From an uncultured Planctomycetota bacterium (lineage in GTDB: Bacteria; Planctomycetota; Planctomycetia; Isosphaerales; Isosphaeraceae), in NCBI GenBank assembly GCA_963737655.1, contig CAVTTN010000002.1, positions 3,744,001 through 3,808,000 of the forward strand: DNA of 64,000 bases, given 5' to 3'. A program made the translations under genes and the position numbers. Below the pieces are notes generated by a model. The model ran no database searches. It saw nothing but the letters and a program-made list of their open reading frames with translations, and was not told the DNA's origin. Below, piece after piece: positions 20,542-30,799 of this stretch. How positions within the stretch are numbered: the stretch's first letter is position 1; the number at the start of each line of letters is the position of its first letter.

Positions 20542-21603
20542 TCATCGGGCGATCTCGCGGACCGTCCAGGTTTCGGTGACTTTCGCGTCCTCGAACGTAC
20601 CCTTGCCCCGGGCCCAGAAGACCAGTCCCTGGAGCGTCTCGACGGTTTGCTCGCCGAAGAACCGCGAGTCGAGTCGCAGCCGGGTGTCGTGGTGGTAGGT
20701 GATGAAGTCGCCATCGTCGATGCCGAAATAGGCGAGGCCCTCGGGCGAGCGGTCGTGGACGATCGCGGAGGCCGGGTCCACGGGCACCCAGCCGACCCCC
20801 TCGGCGAAGAATTCGGCCTTCGCGTGCTGCTGATAATAGGGCAGGCCGCCCGCCTTCGCGCCGGCCTCGGCCGACGTCGCCCACCGCCCCACGATCGTCC
20901 TCGCCGGGACGCCCGACGCCCTCATCGCGGCGACGAACAGGAGCCCGAGGCCTCCGCAATCCGACCGGCCCAGGCGGCAGACCCGGGACGACCGTCGATC
21001 CATCGTGTCGGTATATTCATACTGAAAATTGCGTTTGAGGAACACGAACACGCGACGGCCGAAGTCCACGTCCGACTCGTCCGGCGTCCTGCGGAGCCCG
21101 TGTTCGTCCAGCCACTTCGCGAGTCCGGGGTCGCGGAAGTCGCAATCGGACGATGGGGCGAGCGCGAGCCTCCGTTCGAGGCCGTCGAGGGCCGGGACCG
21201 CCGGTGCGGGCTCGCCGTCTCCGAGCCGGACGAGCGTCCTCCTCTTCAGGGCGATCCGGTATTCCGCCTTCAGGACGAGCCGGCTCGGAGCTTTCGAGGC
21301 GTCCGAGGCAATTCGCGCCGAGAGGAATGGCCGCGACGCCTCGCCTCGCTCCCGGGACGCCTCGCCGCCGGGGGAGAACCGCGCCTCCCGGACCTCCTGC
21401 CCGGGGCCATCGGGCGGTCTCGGCGCGATCGCCGACCATTCCTCGGCGCGGAGCTGCGGCGCGAGGACTTCGGTCGAGAGCGTCGCCTCGATCAACCTCC
21501 CCTCGGTCGTCCTCAAGGCATGGCGAGGGGGGTCGGCGGGCCCGGCCAGGGCGACCGCCGGGATCAGGGCCAGGACGATCGCACCCGGGCGACGGCCAAT
21601 CAT
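20542..21603 (-). CDS. Secreted transglutaminase-like domain protein
   Basis: Signal peptide; catalytic-type motifs SDCGGL...MRASGVPAR and HAKAEFFAEGVGWVPVDP. Confidence 0.85.
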   Translation of the reverse strand: MIGRRPGAIVLALIPAVALAGPADPPRHALRTTEGRLIEATLSTEVLAPQLRAEEWSAIAPRPPDGPGQEVREARFSPGGEASRERGEASRPFLSARIASDASKAPSRLVLKAEYRIALKRRTLVRLGDGEPAPAVPALDGLERRLALAPSSDCDFRDPGLAKWLDEHGLRRTPDESDVDFGRRVFVFLKRNFQYEYTDTMDRRSSRVCRLGRSDCGGLGLLFVAAMRASGVPARTIVGRWATSAEAGAKAGGLPYYQQHAKAEFFAEGVGWVPVDPASAIVHDRSPEGLAYFGIDDGDFITYHHDTRLRLDSRFFGEQTVETLQGLVFWARGKGTFEDAKVTETWTVREIAR

Positions 21604-21619
21604 GGACGGGGCTCCGAGA

Positions 21620-22192
21620 TCAGGGCAGAGGGTGGCCGAGGTCGCGTAAGATCGTCGTCAGCGCGATCAGGGGCAGGCCCACGATCGCGGTGAAGTCCTC
21701 GGAATCGACCTTCTCGAACAGGGCGATCCCGCGCGTCTCGATCCGGTACGACCCGCAGCAGTCGAGCGGTCGGTCGGCCTCGACGTAGCGGCGGATCTCG
21801 TCCCGGGAGAGCGTCCTCATGGTCAAGACGGTCACGTCCACATGCAAGCGGATCGTCCCGCGATGGGCGACCGCCATCGCCGTGATCAACTCGTGCTCGC
21901 GCCCGGTCATCCCCATCAGTTGATCGACGGCGGCTTCCTCGGTGCCCGGTTTGCCCAGCGCCCGGCCGTCGAGCGCGGCGACCTGGTCGGAGCCGATCAC
22001 CACGGCCTCGTGACGGCCCTTCGCGACCGCCTCCGCCTTGGCGATCGCCAGCGATTCGGCGATCGTTCGCGGGCCCGCCCCGGTCGCGGCGAACGCCTCC
22101 TCATCGACGCCCGGCGCCATCGTCTCGAACGGCAGGCCGAGCCGTTCGAGCAGCGATCGGCGATAGGGCGAGGTGCTGGCGAGGATCAACAC
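21620..22192 (-). CDS. maf: Maf family nucleotide pyrophosphatase (YceF-like subtype)
   Basis: LILASTSPYRR; GSDQV; LGKP; CCGSYRIE; IVGLPL. The Y/Q/E residues suggest the YceF subtype. Confidence 0.9.
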   Translation of the reverse strand: MLILASTSPYRRSLLERLGLPFETMAPGVDEEAFAATGAGPRTIAESLAIAKAEAVAKGRHEAVVIGSDQVAALDGRALGKPGTEEAAVDQLMGMTGREHELITAMAVAHRGTIRLHVDVTVLTMRTLSRDEIRRYVEADRPLDCCGSYRIETRGIALFEKVDSEDFTAIVGLPLIALTTILRDLGHPLP

Positions 22193-22247
22193 GGCCGTTT
22201 TCCCCGAGGTTGGAAGGCGGCCGACGGCCGCTAGCCTTTCCGACTCC

Positions 22248-23318
22248 CTACATCGGCTTGAGCCACCGGACGAACCAATCGAGGATCATCACCCTCTGGG
22301 CCTTGGTCACCTCGTGGCCGCCCTTGCCGACGTCGATCTTGATCCGATCCGGCGTCCCGGCGGCCAGGAATGCGGCCTCGGCGGAGGCGAACGCGAGCTT
22401 CGCCCCTTCGATCGGGCAATTCGGGTCTTTTTCTCCGTTGATGATCAGGAGGGGACGACCCGCGAATAGCCGAAGCGTGCTCGGGCCGTCGAAGCGGTCG
22501 AGAATCCCCGGGATGACCTTGTCCCAGAGGGCCTTGCACGTCTCGCTCGTGACGTGCTCCTCGCCCCGTTCCTTCGCGACGGCCTCGCTCGCGGCGGCGA
22601 TCGTCCTGGCCCGGGCCTGCCAGCGGTCGTTGTCGATTCCCCAGCGGAAGCTCTGGACGCCGATGCACGGGACGGCCACCTTGACCCGATCGTCGAACGC
22701 GCCGGCCAGCCAGGTCTCCACCCCGCCCTTGCTGATGCCCATCAGGCCGATCCGATTCGGGTCGATCCCGGGCCTCTCCTGGAGGAAGTCGATCGTCCGC
22801 CAAACGTCCCAGCACGTGTCGTAATAGAACGGATGTTCCGACGGCAGGCCTCGGGGGACCTGCCACGCCCGGACGATCGCCGCGTTGTAGTCGCGGGTCG
22901 GGGGCGTCCCGGCGATGCGGTCGCCGTGGTAGCGGCCGTCGATCGCGACACCCACGATGCCCCGCCTCGCCAGGTCGATCAGCCAGTCGCGCATGCCTTC
23001 CTTGCTCCCGCCGGTGCCGTGGAGGGCGATCACGGCGGGCCGGGGCTTCGAGTCGTCCTTCGGCCGGACGATCAGGATCGGCACGCGCTCGACGGAGCCG
23101 TCGTCCTTCTTCTCCGAGGCGATCGTCCAGGTCTCGCCGACGAGGTCGTCGGGAATCTGCTCGGGAGCGGGCCCCGGTTTCGGGTCGGGCGCGACCCGGG
23201 GGCGGTCGAGCATCTTGAGGAACGCCTGGCGGACTTCCGCCGGGGCCGGCGCGTCGGCGCCGAGGGCCGGGTCCTGTCCCAGGACCACCAGCAGGAACCA
23301 CGGGGAGAGCATCGTCAT
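22248..23318 (-). CDS. Secreted alpha/beta hydrolase (esterase/dienelactone hydrolase-like)
   Basis: ALHGTGG; nucleophile GISKGG; GEKDPNCP; GGHEVT. Confidence 0.85.
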   Translation of the reverse strand: MTMLSPWFLLVVLGQDPALGADAPAPAEVRQAFLKMLDRPRVAPDPKPGPAPEQIPDDLVGETWTIASEKKDDGSVERVPILIVRPKDDSKPRPAVIALHGTGGSKEGMRDWLIDLARRGIVGVAIDGRYHGDRIAGTPPTRDYNAAIVRAWQVPRGLPSEHPFYYDTCWDVWRTIDFLQERPGIDPNRIGLMGISKGGVETWLAGAFDDRVKVAVPCIGVQSFRWGIDNDRWQARARTIAAASEAVAKERGEEHVTSETCKALWDKVIPGILDRFDGPSTLRLFAGRPLLIINGEKDPNCPIEGAKLAFASAEAAFLAAGTPDRIKIDVGKGGHEVTKAQRVMILDWFVRWLKPM

Positions 23319-23404
23319 GCGAGGGCCCTTCGAAGCCAATTCGGGAGCGACCGGCAGGTTTCTCCGAATCTAACCGGGCCCGGGGCATTCCGCCACCTGG
23401 CGAG

Positions 23405-26400
23405 TCACCTCAGCTTCACGCGATGCAGGACGGCGGAGGGCAGGCCGGGCAAGTCGCGGCCGAAGACCTCCGCGTCCCGCCGCCGCGCCCTCAGGGCCGC
23501 GACGACCGAGGGCTCGGCGGCGACGCTGGGCGAGAGGATCAGCTCGCCCGGACCGGCCGCGCTCAGGAGGCCGGCGGCCTGCGAGACGGTCAGGCCGAAA
23601 TAGTCGAGATGATCGTTGATCGTGGCGACCATCGCGGGGCCTCGATGGACCCCGGCCCGGATCGTGAAGCCGCCGGTGAGCTCGCCCGAGGCGAGCGACT
23701 CGGCCAGGTCCAGGCTGGCCCGGACCGCACCGGCCGACTCGGAAAACGCGGCGAAGACCCCTTCGCCCACCGTCTTGACCAGGGCGCCGCCTTCTCGGCG
23801 GATCAATTCCTCGGCCTTGCGGAACTGCTCGTGGACGGCGGCGAACGCCCTGGCGTCGCCGCGTTCGGAATAGAGCCGATCGGCCTGATCCAGGGCCGTG
23901 ACCAAAAGGGTGGTCGTGGCGATGCTGATCAACTGCCCGGGGGAGAGGGTCTCGCCCGGGAAGAGTTCGCGGAACAGGGCCAGCGCCGAGGCCCGGGCGG
24001 CCGTCAAGGCGTCGTCTCGCGAGGCCATTCGCTCGATCCGAACCACCACCTCCAGGTCGGTCAGATTCTTCAGGGAAAGCACCTGGCCTCCGGCCCGCAA
24101 CACGTCGGCGGCGCGGGCCGGGGCGATCGGGCCGAGGTCCAGGTCGAGCCGCGAGCCCCCGGACGCCGGGTCCACGCGAAAGGTGTGGGCGTAGGGCAAT
24201 TGCGGCCCCCGAACCCGATACGAACCCTCGGAGAGCCCGAGCTCGACGTCCATCCTCTCCGACGGCCCCACCCGCACCTGGGCCGCCACGTGGGGCGAGT
24301 GCGACGGTCCCCCGATGCAGTACACGCCGAGATCGACGTCCCGGACCTCGGGATGGACCCGAAAGATCATCTCGACCGAGTTGGCGAAGTCCAGCTCATA
24401 GTCCAGCCCGCACGCCTCGCAATGGCCGTGATCGCGCAGGGCCCTCAAGGTGTCCTTGACCTCCGAGGGAATCCGGCAGACCGGGCAGAGGAGGTCCCAC
24501 ATCAGGACGAGCAGGCCGTCCCTCGCGCCGTGGAGGCAGGCCGCGATGGTCTCCGACGGGTCCAGGCCGAGCCTCCGGGCCAGGGCCAGGGGGCGAATCC
24601 GGGCCACGTCGGACGCGGGGGCCGAGGCGAGGTAATCGCCGAACCGCTCGACCACCGACGGGTTGAGCCCGCGACGTCCCAGGGCGTCGAGGAGCCGGTC
24701 CAGCCGCCTCCGCTTGGCCGGGGCCATCGGCGCGGGTTCCTCGAACGGGTCGGAGGCCCCGGGCCCGAGCCGGCCGGTCAGCGCGGCGTCGATCCGGCGA
24801 TAGACGCGTTCCAGGGCCTTCTTCGAGTCTCGGCCGACCTTCAACGACGCCACCGCCTTCATCAGCAGCCCTCTCGGGGCGATCCGAATCCGGTGGACCA
24901 GGGTCGTCCCGCCCCGGGCCCGGGGCGTCAGCTCGACGGCGCTGACCATCCAGAGGAACGGGCCTCGCCGATATTCGCGGAGGACGCCCATCCGCCTCGG
25001 CTCGATCCATTCGAAGGGGTGCTCCTCCCACTCGGCGGCCAGGCCCCCTTGATTCGCCTCGCCGAACCGGCGGAGCTGGCCGGTCTCCGGGTCGGGCTCG
25101 GAGCGGAACGTCACGGCGGGAAGGCCGATCGCCCGGTTCAACCTCTCGGTATTCGTGACCAGCGGCCAGAGCTGCCGGGGCGACGATTCGAGGTCCCACG
25201 AGAAATCGAACTGGAGGAGCGTCCGGGGATCGGCCGTCGGGAGCCTCGGATGGGACGCCTCGGGAGACGCCTCGCCCCGGGTCAGGCGCTCGAGGTCTTC
25301 GAGGAGGGCCGAGGCGTCGGCGTGGCGGAGTCGGGCGCCTTGGCCAGCGCCTTGACCACGATCCGGGCCGCCCCCTCGCTGACCTTCGGATTGAAGCGGC
25401 TCAGCGGAGGCGGGGGCTCGTTGCAATGCAGGGCGATCATGTCCAGGAGCCGCTCGGCCTGGAACGGCGGGCGGCCGGCGAGCATGTGGAAGAGCGTGAC
25501 CCCCATCGAATACACGTCCGTGCGCGCATCGATGGCCGTCGCCATGCCCTGTTCGGGGGCCATGTAGGTGGGCGTGCCGACGACGGCCTGGGCCTGGGTG
25601 ACCTGGAGCGAATGGCTCTCCACGACGTGCCGGGCCAGGCCGAAATCCGAGAGCTTGACCCGTCGCTTCCCCTCGACGTCGGCCTCGGCCAGGAGGATGT
25701 TGTCGGGCTTGATGTCCCGGTGGACGATCCCTCGACGATGGGCATCCACCAGCGCCCGGGCCACGTCCGAGAGGATCGACACCGCCTCGGCTTCCTCCAT
25801 CGGGGCGCGGTCGGCCAGGGCGTGGCCGAGGCTGGTCCCGGAGACGTATTCCAGGACGAGGAAATGGATGCCCCGGTCCTCGTTGACTTCCAGCAAATTC
25901 GTCACGAAGGGGTTGTTGACCTCGCCCAGGAGCCTCGCCTCCTTTTGGAACCGACGGAACGCGCCCGGCTTGGTCGCCCACTCGGGCCGCAGCACCTTCA
26001 CGGCGACGATCGCACCATCGGCCATGTCCTCGCCCCGGAAGACGGCCCCCATCCCCCCCTGCCCCAGCTTCTCCAGGAGGCGATAGCGCCCGAGGACGTC
26101 GCCGGTCGTCACGCCGAGGGGCTCGCCGTCCCCCCTCTTCCGCGAATCGCCCGAATGGCCCGGCCGGAGCGAGAAGCTCAGGCCCTCGTCCGCCGACTGC
26201 CCGCCTCCGGACGAGGATTCGATCGTGGCGAGCGACGAGGCCGGCGCCATGGCCCGGGCGATCTTGGCCAGCCGTTCGACGGCCTCGCGGATCGGCGGCC
26301 GATCGGACGAGGCGGGGGCGAGCAGCTCGGACACCAGCCGATCGAGCGTGACGGCGGGATCGGGCTCGCCCGGCCCGGGGAGGAACTCGAACGTCTCCTC

Positions 26401-26973
26401 CGACACCAGCCGGGCCGACGACAGGTCATGGGCCGTCTCGCCGACGAGCAGCCAGTGGAGGACCTGACCGAGCCCGCGAACGTCGTCCGACGGGTCCATC
26501 GGCGGGCCGATCGGCGCCTCGGTGGCGGTCCCCGTGAAGTCGATCCGAGGGACGCCGAGATCGGAAAGGCGGATCGATTCCGGACGGATCGCCCCGTGGG
26601 CCAGGCCCAGGCGGTGGGCCTCGCCGACCCCTTCGGCCAGCGCCAGGGCCAGGCCCACGGCTTCCGCCTCGGGCAGGGGGACGCGGGTCGCCAGCGCCGA
26701 ATCGAGCCTCCGCGTCTCGGAGAACTCCATCGCGAGGTAGGGCGGGTCGTGATCTTCCCGGAAATCCAGCACACGAATCACCGAGGGATGGTCGATGAGA
26801 GTCGCGGTGCGGACCCGCTTGACCAGCCCCGGCCAGCGGCCCGGGTCGGCCCGGGCCGGGCCGAGCAGGCGGACCTCGGCCAGCCGCCCCTGCCCCTCCT
26901 CCCGGCCCCGATAGGCCGTGCCATCGGGCCCGGCGCCGATCTGGCTCAACAAGACATAATGACCGACATTCAT
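23405..26973 (-). CDS. Multidomain protein: pseudokinase + Ser/Thr kinase + SRPBCC-like + Cys4 (DUF5939-like) + class III nucleotide cyclase-like; frameshift near 25330
   Basis: Joins ORF 25282..27003 (GQGGMG, VAVK, HRDIKPDN, SDFG, GTPTYMAPE) with ORF 23405..25981 (WEEHPFEW, CPVC..CEAC, GGALVKTVGEG, IRAGVHRG, LDYFG). One added base restores AKAPD.RHADASALL. Confidence 0.8.
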
Positions 26974-27205
26974 GGATGACCCCCGGACGCCCCGCGCGAC
27001 CATGCTCCATCCTAAACCACCGCCGGCCCGTTGTCAGGCGCCCGACGGGACCGCCGGCCGATCGACGACGCTCTCCCGGTTCCTCTTAAGGCCCACGAAT
27101 TCGAATCCTTTCCGGCTTTGTTGCTTGAAGGGGCGATGAGGATCGGCTAGGATTCGAGTCCTCCCCCCGCGGTCCCTACCTCCTTCCCCTTCGGACGTTG
27201 CGACG

Positions 27206-28906
27206 ATGCAAGCGATCATGACGGGTCCGAGGCGTTTCCGGCCGGGCCGGCTCCTGCTCTGGAGCCTGGGCGCGGTCGTGGCCGCGGCGGTGCTGGTCAC
27301 GACGTCCCAGAGGATCTCCGCCCGCAATCGTCCCGAGGCCGGGGCGATCGTGAGGGACCCGGCGCTCGGGGTGGCCCACTCACGAGTCCAGGCCCGCGCC
27401 CGGTTCCCCCGACTGATCTTCGAGGGGGAGACCTTCCCCGCGGCCGAGCTGGAACGCCCGTCCCGCCTCGAGGAGAAATTCGGATCGTGCGAGGTCCTCG
27501 TCCGCTATTTCGACCGCCAGGGCCGGGAAGTTACCAGGGCGGAGACCCCGGGGCCGTACGCGGCGTTCGTCGAGATCCGGCCGGCGGGTCAGTCGCCGTC
27601 TCATCGCTTCTTCACGCTCTATCGCCTGGCCCAGCCCGTGGCCGATGACTGGATCTTCCGGCCCGAGGACCCCGCGGACCTCGCCGTCAAGCTCGGGGTC
27701 GAGCCCGCCGTGATCGAGAGGCAGAAGGACCTGATCGCCGCCCGGTTCGCCGGCCGGAGGTTCGACGACCTCGCCCGCCTGCCCCTGACGGCCCGATTCG
27801 TCGGGGGGCTCGCCCTCTCGACGCCCTCGTCCGAGCCGGTCCGCAAGTGGAACGACGCCGAGGCGGTCGAGCGCCAGTGGTGGGTCGATTGGAAGCAGGC
27901 CCACATCTCGCCCGGATCGCTCCGAGCCCAGCCCTTCCTCGGCCCCGACCTCATCACCGGGCCACCCTCGCCCGTCCTCCGCGAAGGGACCATGGAAGAG
28001 GCCGGGATGAAGGCCGACGCCGCCGAGACGATCGACGACCTCCTTCAGCAATGGTCGGCCGACACCGACAAGGCGTTCGCCGTCTGCATCGCGAGGAGGA
28101 GCGTGATCGTCCTCCACAAGGCCTATGGCGAGCGGGACGGCAAGCCGATGACCGTCAAGAACCGGAGCTGGATGGCCTCGATCACCAAGACGATGTCGGC
28201 CAGCCTGATGATGATGATGGTCGATCGCGGACGGATCGACCTGGAGACGCCGATCAACACCGTCCTGCCCCAGTTCGCCGGGGTGACCTCCAAGAAGCCG
28301 CTGACGGTCCGCCAGTTGTACACCCACACCCACGGCCTGGAGGACTTCCTCAAGCCGACCGACGAATGGCCCGACTTCAGCTACTTCGCGGCCGACGCCC
28401 TGCCCGCCGTGAAGGTCGGCCAGCGGTGGAACTACAACGGCGTGGGCTACACGCTCGGCGGCAAGGTGATCGAGCAGCTCTCCGGCGAGGCGATCCCGCA
28501 GTTCTACCGGAACCACCTGCTCGGGCCTCTCGGGATGGACGACACCGACGTCTCGGGGACTCACGCCGACTGCCGGAGCACGCCCCTGGACATCGCCAGG
28601 TTCGGCCAGATGCTCCTGAACGGCGGCAGCTACGGCGACAAGCGGTTCTTCCGCGAGGAGACCTTCCGCCGGATGCTCCCCACCAGGCTGACCGCGGCCC
28701 TCGGCCCCGACACCGGCAAGTCCTGGGGGATGGGCCTCGACGGCCGCCCCCCCCGGATCTACCACGGGGCCGCGTCCTCCGCCACGTTCCAGCTCGACCT
28801 GGAACAAAACCTCGTGATCGTGATGACCCGGAACGCGATGGGGAAGAACTACGACAAGTACTTCCCCCGGTTCATGGAAACGGTCCGCGGCGCGATCCAG
28901 AGGTAG
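27206..28906 (+). CDS. Serine hydrolase (beta-lactamase class C-like) with an N-terminal extension
   Basis: SxxK in MASITK; LTVRQLYTHTHGL; WNYNGVGY; YHGAA; N-terminal TM or signal segment. Confidence 0.85.
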   Translation: MQAIMTGPRRFRPGRLLLWSLGAVVAAAVLVTTSQRISARNRPEAGAIVRDPALGVAHSRVQARARFPRLIFEGETFPAAELERPSRLEEKFGSCEVLVRYFDRQGREVTRAETPGPYAAFVEIRPAGQSPSHRFFTLYRLAQPVADDWIFRPEDPADLAVKLGVEPAVIERQKDLIAARFAGRRFDDLARLPLTARFVGGLALSTPSSEPVRKWNDAEAVERQWWVDWKQAHISPGSLRAQPFLGPDLITGPPSPVLREGTMEEAGMKADAAETIDDLLQQWSADTDKAFAVCIARRSVIVLHKAYGERDGKPMTVKNRSWMASITKTMSASLMMMMVDRGRIDLETPINTVLPQFAGVTSKKPLTVRQLYTHTHGLEDFLKPTDEWPDFSYFAADALPAVKVGQRWNYNGVGYTLGGKVIEQLSGEAIPQFYRNHLLGPLGMDDTDVSGTHADCRSTPLDIARFGQMLLNGGSYGDKRFFREETFRRMLPTRLTAALGPDTGKSWGMGLDGRPPRIYHGAASSATFQLDLEQNLVIVMTRNAMGKNYDKYFPRFMETVRGAIQR

Positions 28907-28914
28907 ACCGCGTC

Positions 28915-30687
28915 TCAGGCACCCGAGGGCGTCCGGGGCGACCGGACGCCCTGCGCCGCGCCGATCCCCCCCACGACCATCCCCCCGGCGAACAGGGACA
29001 CGCCCCAGATCGCCCGGTCGTGCCCCTTCATCCCCACGGTGAGGACCTCCCTCAAGTCGGTCGCCAGGTTCTTCTCGTGGGGGATCACGAACGTCCCGAC
29101 CGCGGCGGCGAGGAACCCGATCGCGGCGACCTTCAGGGCCGTCGGCGTCGCCTTCGGCCGTCCGATCGTCTGGCCGATCGTGCTGTGCGTGAATCCATAC
29201 GACGCATAAACCGCCAGCCCCAGGACGAGCCAGCCCACGAACCGCCACCACGAGGCCGGGGGCAAGTAATACATCAGGAAGATGCAGGAGATGGCCCCGA
29301 GCGTCGGGAAGAGCCACGGCCCGAACGGCACGCGGAACGGCCTCGCGCGGTCGGGCTCGCGATACCTGAGGATCGGGATGCCTGCGCAGACCAGGACGAA
29401 CGCGAACAGGGTCCCGATATTGGTCAGATCGACGACCTCGTCGATGCTGGCGAGCGACGAGATCACGCCCACGACCAGGCCGGTCAGGATCGTCCCCACG
29501 TACGGGGTCTGATACCGGGGATGGAGCTTCGCGAACGAGGACGGGAGCAGCCCGTCCCTCGCCATCGAGAAGAGGATTCGGGGCTGGCCCATCAGGAACA
29601 CGAGCAACACGGCCGTCTGCGCCACCACCGAGCCGATCCCGACGATGATCGTCGGCCAGGTCATGTCTTCGGGCGCCACGTGGCGGAGGGCCGCGGTCAG
29701 CGGCTCCTTGATCTTCTCCTCGGAGAACCCGACGAATTCCCGATACGGGACCATCCCGGTGAACACGGCGGCGATCGCCGCGTAGAACACGGCGCAGATC
29801 GCCAGAGAGGCGAGGATGCCGATCGGCAGGTCGCGGCCCGGGTTCTTCGTCTCCTCGGCGACCGTCGAGACGGCGTCATAACCGATGTAGGCGAAGAAGA
29901 CGATGGCCGCCCCGGCGAACGTCCCCCGCCAGCCATTGGGCTGGAACGGCTTCCAGTGCTCGACCATCCGCCTCGGCGACACGAAATACAGGCCGATCAC
30001 CACGAAGAACAGCAGGACGACGATCTTCACGATCACCATCGTCGCATTGAATTGGGCGGATTCCCGGATCCCCCAGACCAGCAGCGCCGTGATCGCCATC
30101 GTGATCCCGAACGCCAGGACGTTGACGATCAACGGGTGGCCGAAGACGATCGGCGCCCCGCCGAAATCCCTCGCGTACTGAGCCGGGTTCGATTCCAGCA
30201 GACGTGCCGCGCTGCGGAAGTCGCTGGCGAGCCATCCGGGGAAATTGATGTGAAAGTCCGCCAGCAACGAGCGGAAATAGCCCGACCAACTGATCGCCAC
30301 CGACGTGTTGCCGACCCCGTATTCGATGATCAGGTCCCAGCCGATGATCCAGGCCACCAGCTCGCCCATGGTCGCGTAAGAATAGGTATAGGCGGAGCCG
30401 GAGACGGGGACCATCGAGGCGAGCTCGGCGTAGCAGAGGGCCGTGAACGAGCAGACCACGGCGGTGATCATGAACGAGAGCATCAGCGACGGGCCGGCGC
30501 CCGGCCTCGCGGGGTCGCCCACCGTGGCGGTGCCGATCGTCGAATAGATCCCCGTGCCGATGATCGCGCCGATCCCCAGGAGCGTGACGCTCACCGGCCC
30601 GAGCGTCTTCTTCAGGCCGTGGCCCTTGCCCTCGGCGGAGGCGAGGATCTCGTCGAGCGACTTCCGGCGGAACAGTCCTGGGAGCAC
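28915..30687 (-). CDS. APC-family amino acid permease
   Basis: LGIGAIIGTGI; CYAELASMVPVSGSAYTY; FFAYIGYDAVST.AEE; PRILFSMARDGLLP. Confidence 0.95.
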   Translation of the reverse strand: MLPGLFRRKSLDEILASAEGKGHGLKKTLGPVSVTLLGIGAIIGTGIYSTIGTATVGDPARPGAGPSLMLSFMITAVVCSFTALCYAELASMVPVSGSAYTYSYATMGELVAWIIGWDLIIEYGVGNTSVAISWSGYFRSLLADFHINFPGWLASDFRSAARLLESNPAQYARDFGGAPIVFGHPLIVNVLAFGITMAITALLVWGIRESAQFNATMVIVKIVVLLFFVVIGLYFVSPRRMVEHWKPFQPNGWRGTFAGAAIVFFAYIGYDAVSTVAEETKNPGRDLPIGILASLAICAVFYAAIAAVFTGMVPYREFVGFSEEKIKEPLTAALRHVAPEDMTWPTIIVGIGSVVAQTAVLLVFLMGQPRILFSMARDGLLPSSFAKLHPRYQTPYVGTILTGLVVGVISSLASIDEVVDLTNIGTLFAFVLVCAGIPILRYREPDRARPFRVPFGPWLFPTLGAISCIFLMYYLPPASWWRFVGWLVLGLAVYASYGFTHSTIGQTIGRPKATPTALKVAAIGFLAAAVGTFVIPHEKNLATDLREVLTVGMKGHDRAIWGVSLFAGGMVVGGIGAAQGVRSPRTPSGA

Positions 30688-30726
30688 GAGGGATCTCCGA
30701 CGATTCGGCGGAAATGCGAAGCGTGA

Positions 30727-30782
30727 ATGGGATGCACCATCTTCGATTCATGTTCGAAGATGGTGCATCCCATGCACCCTAC
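30727..30782. repeat. REP-derived hairpin (GTAG family)
   Basis: Perfect 20-bp stem atgggatgcaccatcttcga / tcgaagatggtgcatcccat, ending in ggtgcatcccatgcaccctac, a variant of the REP at 42731..42856. Confidence 0.8.
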
Positions 30783-30799
30783 AGGATTGTGGCTCGCGA

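Noticed and set aside
25282..25360. Programmed ribosomal frameshift producing kinase-only and full-length forms
   Set aside because: No slippery heptamer is visible, and many similar indels across the window point to assembly error.
27206..28906. Antibiotic-resistance beta-lactamase
   Set aside because: Only the generic SxxK serine-hydrolase fold is supported; such proteins are often esterases or peptidases.
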